In this document: in pieces, positions 28,071-39,400 of the stretch
How positions within the stretch are numbered: position 1 is the stretch's first letter
How the letters are laid out: each line of letters starts with the position of its first letter
Source: Leptogorgia sarmentosa
Lineage: Eukaryota
Reading direction: 5' to 3'
DNA: 64,000 bases
Assembly: GCA_964658305.1 (NCBI GenBank)
Contig: OZ210884.1
Location: 3,906,001-3,970,000 of the forward strand
Program-made: the position numbers and the translations under genes
The notes under the pieces: model-generated
Databases searched by the model: none
What the model was told of the DNA's origin: nothing
What the model saw: only the letters and a program-made list of their open reading frames with translations

Positions 28071-28177
28071 GTAGGCTATTACATGAACTCTTATCAACAC
28101 TTACTGCAAGAGATAATATGTATATAAAATGCCTATAAATAATGGCTTAGTTGATCTAGTTCAAGGTGTGAAATACC

Positions 28178-28307
28178 CAGGGGCGGATCAAGCACGCGCG
28201 GGGCCACTGGCACAAACATTGGTTGGGCCCTTGGCTGATAACTCCCAAAACCGCGGGGGCCCCAAACCCTGGCACCTGCCCATAGTGGCCCCCGTGATTC
28301 GCCGCTG
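28178..28307. mobile_element. Small hAT-like MITE
   Basis: CAGGGGCGGATCA ... TGATTCGCCGCTG termini; flanks GAAATACC / GAAATTCC (7/8 match). Confidence 0.7.
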
Positions 28308-29308
28308 GAAATTCCATACATAACTTTGCCTTAGTTTGTTTGTTTGCTGATGTTTCATGTTTTTTATTTGCCTGCGTGGCGGGCGGTCGAGAAACGGGCA
28401 AGGCGGTAAAGTGCCAAGGCCTGAAGTAAGTATGGTATGAGCATGTTTTCTTTTGGTTTGAACTTTTGGTTTCATTCGAACCGCAAATGCAATATAAGTT
28501 GATACCATTGACGTAGTACCCATAGCAGAACAGAAAAATTTTGAACTACCGGTGATGGTAGTTTTTAACCTATTCAGATTGTTCGAATCCGTGCATGATT
28601 TCAAAATGAATATAATAAAGAGAATATCATACCATAGTGTTCGTGTACTTCGCCTGTACTTAGGGCTTGCATGGTCTGTACGATAAATACCTCGATTCGT
28701 TATTTCTCTGTATATATATAGGCAGAGCTAGCGAGGTTAATAAAAACTTCATTATAAATTATTATGGCAACAGGCATTTTAGTTTGAACTTGTTTTCTTG
28801 TTCTTAATGTCATAATAATAGTGCTTAATATACAATACGGAGAAATTCTGAAGGGCGCTAAAATATGATACAATTTTTTAAAAGGGGATATCCTTTCCCG
28901 CGCGCAATACAATAAAGTATACAAAAATTGCCAAATTTGCTTAGGCCATATTTTCCTCAATTTACAATTATTCGAACAAAACTTTCAATGGTAATTTTAC
29001 TAAAATTTAGCATGATCTTTCAAGCCGTTTATGAAAAAATTCCTTTAAAATTTTAGTTATAACTTACAACGTTAAAGGTCAATTCATATTGTTCTGTATT
29101 GTTTCAACAATGAGGAAATGATTGCAAAAATAATATTTTTGAAATTATACATATTATCTGTTTTTAACCTGGTTTTTATACGTAAATTTGGTGCAAACAA
29201 ATGAAATATTCACATCAAACATAGAGTCGTTTATAGCCTTGGAGCAATAACCTTAACTTCTAGATTTGAATCCTTAGTGTTCGCCCTAGCTTAATAGGGC
29301 CTATTTTA

Positions 29309-29684
29309 GGCCCCTATTACACTATACCGGATTACTTTTCGTTCCGAATCAATTTTGACACGGATGAAAAAAATGGCAGCGATTACACTACGCCGCTCCG
29401 CTGTCGAAGACGTCTTCGTATCGTATAATGTTGGATATTTAGGGCATACAAACACGACATTATTTGCAGCACGCTTGCAGCAGTCAATACATACATAAAA
29501 ATATTTTGTAAGGCAATCATTTTGGTACGGCACATACCGGATTACTTTTCGTATCACGAACGAAGCGGAGTGATTTTTGCTCCGCGGCACGTACCGGATT
29601 ACAGTGGCGTAGTGTAATCAACAGCCCAATCCGGTATAAAAATCGCTCCGCTCCGATGCAATCCGGTATAGTGTAATAGGGGCC
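29309..29684. mobile_element. PIF/Harbinger (Tourist-like) MITE
   Basis: 25-bp TIR GGCCCCTATTACACTATACCGGATT / AATCCGGTATAGTGTAATAGGGGCC with a TTA TSD. The empty site is visible in unit A at 847-849. Confidence 0.9.
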
Positions 29685-30443
29685 TTAGTGTGCAGTATTG
29701 TACTCTTTGTGCAGTATTGAATAATAAGTATGCAGTATTGAATGCAAAAGTGCGCAGTATTGAATGCAAAAGTGCGCAGTATTGAAATTTGAGATTAAAA
29801 GTTTCAACTTTAGCTATATCAGATGTCCTGTGAGAACAATTAATGCACACGAAAAATTAAGTTCTGATATCTAAAATGACTTTACAAAAAATTCATTTGG
29901 CAAAGTCACATGAAAGTTTTGGCGAAATATTAGCCAGAGCAAGTTTCCAGTAAATCCAATATTAAACCTCCAGAAGATCGCAGTGCTTTGTGCAAATCGC
30001 GCCTTTATAAATTTACATTTATATAACTTAAACGTTAAAACATGCTATCACAAGATATCATCGCTATTGATATTTGGTCGGAAGTGTGCAGTATAGAAAT
30101 TTCCTTATAGAATAGGCCCTTGCATGGTTCGTCTTTGTTTTCGCCTTTTCGAAAGTCTTTAGTGCTCGCCCTCATTACAGCCTGCCATATTTTTGAGATC
30201 GTGATGACCACCATTAACCATACACTTGAGCCAAGAAGGCGGCGAAATAACGCTACGCTTTGCTTTTCTTCACCTGCATGGGTGCAAATAGCCGTGCGGA
30301 ATTAGTACCGCTCGCACCTTGGCTCGGGAAAGATATGTTATTTCCATTCACAACTTCAACAGCAGAAAATCACACATCTACATTTTCACAATTTGCCTAA
30401 ATAGCAATAGACCCACTTGAGTCGTCTACGATGATTTTGTAAC

Positions 30444-33400
30444 ATGGAAATGTTTTTACACAAACACAAACTTTTCATTTTAATTTGTAGCATCGGACGA
30501 AATGACGATGTTGATGTCCAACACATTTCCAATGAAAAACCAGATCCATGTTGTGGAGCTGGATTCTTGCGTCTCTGGGCATGGTTACAGAAGATATTTT
30601 TTCTTTTGCTGGAGAAAATTTTTGAAAAATCTGCCATGTTCATTTCAAGGCGCCCATTTCTTGTGATATTCTTTTGCCTATTCCTTGTGATTACTCTGAC
30701 GTGTGGTTTTTCCAAATTGAAGGTCGAAAGTAATGTAAAATACTTGTTTTTGCCCGAAGACAGCCAAGCATCACAGGATTTACAAAAGGCAAGACGTCTT
30801 GGCTTTGAATTTGAATTTCGACAAGAAGAGGTCATCTTTTTGGCTAAACATAATGCGTCTCTATTGTCGAAAGAATGCTTGTCTGAAATTGTTGACTTGC
30901 ACAAAATTATTACTGAGATAAAATATTACAACCAGCAGTGCTTTAGGGCAAACCCAAATAGCACGTGTGCATCGACAAATTTGTTAGAAATCTTCGATTA
31001 TCAAAAGAAAAATTTGTTCGATATTTCACGGCAAATTCAAACTGCACTCTTGAACGACACATTTTTGATGTCAAATGGAAGACGATTTCAAGATAATTTC
31101 AATCAAATATTTGGGAAAGGCTCTTCGAATGGTTCACTTGATTCTTCAACGGCTCTAAGAATTGTCTACTTCATGAAAGAATATTCAAGAGGAGACGAGA
31201 AAAGAGATGGCATACTAGAATGGGAAAATATTTTTCTTGATGAAGTATCGTCTTTTGCAAAAAACACGACATGTGTAAATATATTTTACTCCGCAGAAAG
31301 GAGCCTAGATGATTCAGTGAGTGAAAGTACTACCTCTGACATAAAGTTCTTTGCAATGACCTTTGTAATAATGGGAATTTTTAGTGGAGTTATAAACAGT
31401 AGATGCGGCGATGGTCGCTTTGGACACCAACTTTTAGGGTTCACTTCCTTGTTAGCCATTTATTTCGGTATCACAGCCGCGCTCGGTTTCTTAATGTTCA
31501 TCGGTGTTCCCTTTGTCAGTCTGGTTGGTGTTCTTCCATTTTTGGTGGTCAGTATTGGTATAGATGATGTGTTCATTATTCTACACGAGCTGAATGATAT
31601 GGTCCGACAAAATATCCCAGCAATGTATATGCTCAGTGGTACAATGGCAAGAAGTGGTCCAACTATAACCATGACGACTCTCACTGACCTCGTAGCATTT
31701 GCCGTTAGCTGTCGTTCCATCTTTCCAGCAATTCGCTTCTTCTGCACGTACGCTGCAGTAACAATTTGTTCTGCCTTCTTAATGCTGGTGACATTTTTTG
31801 TTGGTTGCATGTGGTTCGATATCAAACGAGTAAATGCTCAACGCAGAGATTTGTTGCCTTGTTTAATGAGTCCAGAACAAACCAGCTGCTGTTTGAATAT
31901 TCGGAAAAACGGATTTGACAATGCAATGAAAGCTTGGGGGAAGTTAATAACTTCTCTTCCCGGGAAAGTTGTGGTCTGTTTGTGCTCCTTACTTCTCTTG
32001 TCTGGTGGGATTTATGGCGCTCTCAATATAGACGAAAGTTTTAACAGGCAATTGTTAACATCCGAAGATTCATACTACCGGCAATTCCTGCAGATTTATG
32101 AAGGAAACTTTTTTCTCAATATCGAAGTCAGCATAATTTTTCCTGGACAATTCGATCACTCGAGTAAAGACATTCAGGAAATGTACTCGGATGTGGTAAA
32201 AGTTTCGGAAAGTAGTGAATATTTCATTCCGAGAAGAAGTTCATGGCTGTCTGAATACCAGTCCTGGGCCAAGGAAGAAAACATTGACATAAACGATACC
32301 AGCATCTTCTACAAAAACTTGCGTCATTTCATTTCATTGCCAAAATTCAAACGATTTTCTCAAGATCTGATGTTTTCTGAAAATAAAGAACATTTGTTGG
32401 CTTCGAGACTCCTAATATATTCCAAAGATAGCTCCGATTCAATCTTTCAGAGAGATATGATGATAAGCATTAGGGAAGATTTATCTCGTCTGACGGAACA
32501 CAATGCTTTTGCCGTTGCCCCATCTTTCATATACTTTGAACAGTATGCTCATGTTCTTAGCGAAACAATCAGGAACATAATTGTGGCTGGAATATCAATA
32601 CTCCTCATATCGTCAATGTTTTTGAATCATTTTGCAATAATAATTTGCTTGCTGTGTGGATTTATTGCTCTGATTATCGAACTTTTAGGACTAATGTACA
32701 TATGGGACGTTTCTATAAACTCAATTTCTATGATAAATCTTGTTATGGCCCTTGGGTTTTCCGTGGATTACAATGCACATGTGGCATTTCATTTTGTTTC
32801 CTCCAAGGCAGACTCCAACGAGCTTCGGGTAATTGATGCCCTCGGTAAAATTGGCGGTAGTGTTTTCCTTGGAGGATTAAGCACGTTTCTTGGAATGATG
32901 CCTACAGGATTTGCTTCCTCTACAGTATTTCAAATTTTCTTCAAAATGTTTGTTGGCATAGTCTTTCTTGGTCTGTTGCATGGTTTAGCTATACTGCCCG
33001 TGTACTTAACATTACTAGGAAATTTTTGTGACTTCCGTGAAATGAATATTGATGCATTTATTTCCAAAACGTTTAATCATCCAATCAAACACAAGCCTGG
33101 CGAAATTACCGAATCGAGTATCAACTCATCTAACTATCTTGCGAATGATGAAAGACCCAGTCCCGTTGGTGTCGTTGGAATGGCTTGTCGTTTTCCTGGT
33201 GGAGTAAACTCAAAAAATGATTTTTGGGATCTATTGGTGGAAGGTCGATGTGGTATTGGGTATTATCCCACAAACAGACCCGACTCTAGAGCCTTTACCG
33301 ACTGCTTCAGTTCTGGAAAAAATACACCTGGGAAACATCACGTTCTTACTGGTGGCTTTCTCGAACACATTACTGGGTTTGACGGCCAATTTTTCGGGAT

Positions 33401-36400
33401 TTCTCCATCAGAATGTCGATCAATGGATCCCCAACAGCGCATACTTCTTCAAGTTGTATACGAAGCAATAGAAGATGCTGGGATCCGCCTCGAAGATTTG
33501 CAGCAATGTCGAACTGGTGTTTATGTTGGATTAATGAACTCAGACTTTAGCTTACTTGTTATGCAACAATCAAATATTCGAAATGTTGATCAATTTTATT
33601 CTACTGGATGTGCTCAATCAATTGTCGCCAATCGCATTTCTTTCGCATTCAACTTAACCGGTCCAAGCTTGACGTTAGACACAGCGTGTTCGTCCTCCCT
33701 AGTAGCCTTGGATATTGCTTTCAGACATTTACAAACTGGTGAATGTGACGTAGCAATCGTGTGTGCTCCGAATATTCTTCTAACGGGTCACCAGTATCAC
33801 ATTGCATGCTGCAGGAGCGGGTTGTTAGCTGACGACGGTCGATGCAAAAGTTTCGATATAAAAGGAGATGGATATGGCCGGGGTGAAGGTGTAGCTGCAG
33901 TAGTAATCAAACCAGCTAAAACAGCCCAAGAAGATAATGATGATATTTATGCAGAAGTCGTTGCTTGCGGAGTAAATAATGATGGGCAAACAGCAATTCC
34001 CATGACAGCACCCAGTGAAGTGACCCAAGCTGCGTTATTTCAAAGAGTTCTTCAGGAATCTGGTCTTTCCAAAGATGAGATACAATACGTCGAAGTACAC
34101 GGCACTGGAACAGCCATTGGTGATGTCGTTGAAATGGGATCAGTAGCATCGGTTTATGGGAATAGCAGCAATAGAACACTTCGTCTAGGATCGGTGAAGT
34201 CGAACATAAACCACACAGAGTCAACTGCCGGTTTAGCTGGGTTAATCAAAACATGCTTGATGATAAAACATGCTCGATTTGTCCCTACCATTAACGTACA
34301 TGAGATCAAACCGCAGCTCAAGATATCCGACAGAAAAATGATGGTTCAACTTTGCAATGAATCTTGGGATACGAAAGATGGAGCACCAAGAATGGCTGCA
34401 GTTTCATCGTATGGATTTGGCGGTACAAATGCTCATGTAATTGTCAGAGAAGTCATCAAAATCCCTGAAACTGTAATATCGAAACGAAGTTCATCTAACA
34501 GAGTGATGACGTTATCTGCTGCTTCAAAAAATGCGTTGAGAGAACTGGCCCAGAAAGTGTCCCTGTCGGTTCAGACAAAATCAGATGACGACCAGATACT
34601 TAAAGATAATATTTGCTATTCGTTGAATGAAAGATACACAGTGCATTCTCATCGTTTAGCGCTAAGCTTTTCTTCTCTTCAACGTGCCTCTAGGGTTTTA
34701 AAAATCTTTGCTGATCAAGAAAGTGGATGGGAAAAATTAGTAGCTTACGGCGAAGTGCATAATCAGCGTGATAAGATTGTCTTCCTGTATGGCGGTCAAG
34801 GTGCTCAGTGGTATGGCATGGCAAGAGAAATGTTGATTCATGAGCCGAAATTTAAAGAGAGCATTGAAAAAATTGATTCATTACTTAAACGTTATGGTGC
34901 TTCTTGGTCCCTAATTTGCGAGCTCAACAAGTCTGAAGAAAATTCCCATCTTCATGTAAATCCCATTGGACAAACTGCCTTGTTTGCTATTCATTTTGCG
35001 CTAACTGAATTACTGGAATCTTGGGGTGTCACACCATCTGCTGTTGTTGGTCATAGTCTGGGAGAAATATCCGCAGCCTGGGCTTCCGGAGCGTTACGTT
35101 TACACAAAGCATTACAACTTGTTTTATTCCGCTCCCAGCTTCATGAGAAATGTTCACCTACAGGGTGCATGGCTGCCATTGGTCTTTCAGAAACGGATGC
35201 ACAAGCTATGCTGCAAGATATTGGATTGGAAAATGAAGTTGATGTTGCAGTCGTCAACAGCCCAGGGAACGTGGTGCTATCTGGCAGTAGAGATTCAATA
35301 GAGATCGTTGAAACTCATGTGACTAACTCACGAAGTGATGTATTCTGGAAGAAACTTGCAACTACGCGTGCATACCATAGTCGAGAAATGGAAGAAATAA
35401 AGGCATCATACTTCAAGCTCACAAGTAAATTCAACGTACGTCAGACGCACAGTAGTATCCCGTTTTACTCAACAGTTACGGGTGGTCAATTACCTGGTCA
35501 GCTTCTGTCACTGGAGCACTGGTGGAAAAACATTCGCCAAGCTGTTTTATTCGAGCCTGTATTGAAAACCATATTTTCCGATGGTTATCAGTTCTTCATT
35601 GAAATCAACGCTACTCCTCAACTCTCATATCATATTCGTCACACGTGGTCCTACCATCAAACGGTAAGTTCCCTCAATGCAAATAATGCTGTGGTCATCG
35701 AAACTCTTGCAAAACGTTCATCCAATCACCAGCACCTCTCCTTTCTTCAAAATTGTGCTGCCAATCTTTTTACAAATGGCGTTCAACTTACTTGGAGTAA
35801 GTTGCAAAACTCAGGATCTAAGTCATTTCTCAAACGTCCAGTGTATCCATGGCAAGAAATTGAGTTTTGGTACCGCGATGAAGAACCCCCAGAAACTGTT
35901 AGATTCCTTGATGACAAGAAACCTGCAGAAAATAAAGACATCGCCGCCTTTCATCCTCTCCTTGGAAGATCTGTGCCAACGCAACTGTTCACCGGTTTAC
36001 AAGCTTGGGAATCCGAAATCAATTTGCACGATGTTTCGTACATTAGCGACCACAAGTTCACTGAATCTTCTGTCCCAGTGCTGCCAGCTGCTCTTTACGT
36101 TGAGATGGTTTTAGCAATAACGCTACATTCATTCCCAAGATCAGCTCCTGATATTCAAGACATCAGCTTTGATCATTTGCTGACCATCTCCGAAAGTGAC
36201 TCGCTCAAAATTAGAACACGTCTCCTGCCTGAAGAATATCCTGGTGATAAAAAACAATTTCAGATTACAATAGTGGGTGAAAATGAGACTGAGGTGGTTC
36301 TCTCCAAAGGCTTCGTGCAGCAAGGCGTCAATGATGGCTACAGAACAGAAGGTAAGAAAAAAATTTGAAATAAACACTTATAGTTGTTTTGGGGCCGAAA

Positions 36401-39400
36401 TAAAAATATTAGCAATATATGTATGTTCTCACAAGCAATACCGAGAAGGTTGATATGGACTAACACCGTAGGCCCTCAGCGAGTACCAACATTCAAGCTT
36501 CTCTGCAATTAAGAAAACTATGATACACGTAACGGCAAAACAGTGATAGTAATTATTCTTCAATTGACAAAAGCCGATGACAAAATGAGTGTGGTTTTCA
36601 AAAATACATTTCAAATTGCAAATACTATATCTTGAATAAATTAAATGAATAGATACCGTTTGATGGCAGATGGACCTTTGTTGGAAAAAGCGGGTATTGG
36701 TTAACGTTGATAATTGAATAGTGATCTTTTGTTACAATATGTGACAAAGAAATTCGTTCATTTCGGAGAAATTGTTGTCAGTACAGTTCGAAAAAACCAT
36801 AATAATTGGCATGGAGCCACTTGAAATTTGTTGTAATTAAAGTGAATCTTGACTTGGCATGTAAACACCAGTGTACAACTGCTTTACTACAACCTATGTA
36901 TATAAATCCATGCGCTGCCCAATTAAAGCAAAATTTTGTTCCAATCTTTATTTGTATTACTTATTAATTTAGGAGTGTACCAACAAGAGAATTCCAACGT
37001 TATTGAAACTTTTAAATCGACTATGGTTAACCACTTCTCAAACGATTATTGCGAAAAGAAACGTCAAGAGAAAGGGTTTGCATTCGGGCCTCAATTTGAT
37101 ATAATAAAAGAGGCATGGTCCAGCAACAATGAAGCACTTGCACTCATACGTCCAACCGAAGAAATTACAAAAGAAGCATCATCTTATGTTATTCATCCGT
37201 CCATCATTGACGCATGTTTCCAAACAATGATTTTGGTTAAAGCTTTCGAAGGTAAATTTGTGCCTAGAAAAATAACACGTGTCACGATGGTGCAAAAACC
37301 TATATCCATGAAACAGTTTTATGCGCACACGCAGATCTTGGGATCAGAGAAAACGCCAACTTACAATATCACGCTAATGGATTGCCACGCCAGACCTATC
37401 ATGATTATTGAGAAATATGCCACAGCAGAAATCTCATCAGATATGTCAAACGTAACTTATGAGAATTCATCATTCACCCTCGGTTGGGAAGTGATAAAGC
37501 CCGAAACATCTGAATCTGCAAATCACGATTTCATTTGGCTTATTCTTAGCGATCAAAGCATGTTTGCCAAACGGTTTATACAACATATCCCAGCTAGTGA
37601 AAGGATGCTTTTGTTTGATGAAACATCGGACAAATTTTGTAAGGTATTAGAGGAAGTAGAAAGCAAGATGAAGAGGGATGAAAAGTTGTTGGTGATTAAT
37701 TTTTGGCCAGTGGATTGTTCAAAATATGAAGGCGATACGGACAGCGTTGGCGCTACCCATGAGTTGGCATTTGAAAGTTGTCTTGTCATATCACAGGAAA
37801 TTCTAAAGAGGGAAATCTTGTCCAAAAGGGCTCATCTTGTCTTCGTCACTTCAGGAGTCGTTATTATTCCTGAACATGATCCTGTTGTTGCTAATCCGGA
37901 CACTTTTCCATGGTCTGCTTCTCTTTTTGGATTCAGGAGGACCTTCGCAGAAGAAATCAAAGCACCAAGTGCGTCTTTAGTTGATTTGCCTTCCAATCCG
38001 GGGGATGAAGATTTCCAAATCTTGGTGGAAGATCTACGGAAGCCTGCTATGGAAGAAGAAATTGTTTACAGAAATGGGGTGCGTTATGGGAATCGCATTA
38101 AAGAATTGTGTCCAAGCGAAGCACGTTATACCAAGCCTACGTCTCCTTTCAACAAATGTGGAGAACAAATTCCATTTAAGATGACACGGATGTCCGGGCA
38201 GTGGTTTCTTCAAAAAAGATTAAATGACGAAATAAATAAAAGAAGTAAAATTGAAGTCTACTACGCTTGTCCAGTACTTCAAAAGCGATGGGAAGATCTT
38301 ACAACCAATGATCGCATGGCATTTGCAGGGAAATTGTTGAATCAAAAGGAAGAAAACCGAGTTTCATCTGTGGTTGGTGTTTGCAAAGTTGACGACCTCG
38401 GAAGTTACATTGAAGTAGAAAAATGTTCTTTCTCAGCGATTAATTCTCAGTTCTCCCCTCAGCAAGCTGCGTCACTCAGTTTTCCACTTGCAATATCCTA
38501 CCATATCCTTGCCAATCTTCTTGGTGTTATCCAGGGACAGAAAGTTCTTATTTACAATGAGAACGAGGAAGTATGCTGTATTTTTGCTTGCGTTGCGCTG
38601 TCGTTGGATATAAAAGTCATGTGCGTTGTCCAAAATGCTTCAAATAAAGATCAAATGAAGAAATTTGAAAACTTGGTGGTTGTTTCCGAAGACGAAATAA
38701 AAGCGGCCCAGCTGAATCATATGAGATGTATGGATTTAGATGCTGCTTGCTTTTTTAGTAAAAGCAGTACATTTGTCACTCAACAAATAATGAAACATCT
38801 TAAACCTGGTGCAAGAGTGATTATTGGCAATCAGGAAAAAAATGCAAAGTTTGACACATTCATTTCCGGTAAAAATGTCCAATGTACTGTTATCGCTAAT
38901 ATGGAAGATATGCTTGAGTATTCGTGCGATTTTTCGAAGTTATTGGTTTCATGCTATTCAGCTCTTCAATCGAAGAATCTGTTAGAAAGACTTCTGGAAA
39001 TTCCTCAACTAGTGTCAAGTATATATGACATGATGAATGATGCTTCTAAGAACACAGCTAACGAATCGTCGTGGAAAACTGGTTTCCACACAGTATCTTT
39101 GAAGCCAACGAATATTCCAGAAAAAGTGGATTTCTACAGCTTACCACTAGACACCAATGGTTTAAAAGCTGATTGTACATACCTCGTGATTGGCGGCGTT
39201 CGCGGTTTTGGGTTCGAATTCGCCAAATGGATGGTGGAAAACGGTGCAAAAACTGTCTTGTGTACGTCTCGTTCAACAGCGAGTGCGGAAAAGAAGGCAT
39301 TGGTTCGACAGTTAGAAGAGAATAATGGATCGCGCATTCTTCTACGGCAAGCAGATGCTACCTCTTACGAAGACATGAATCAAATTAAGAAAGAATTGGA

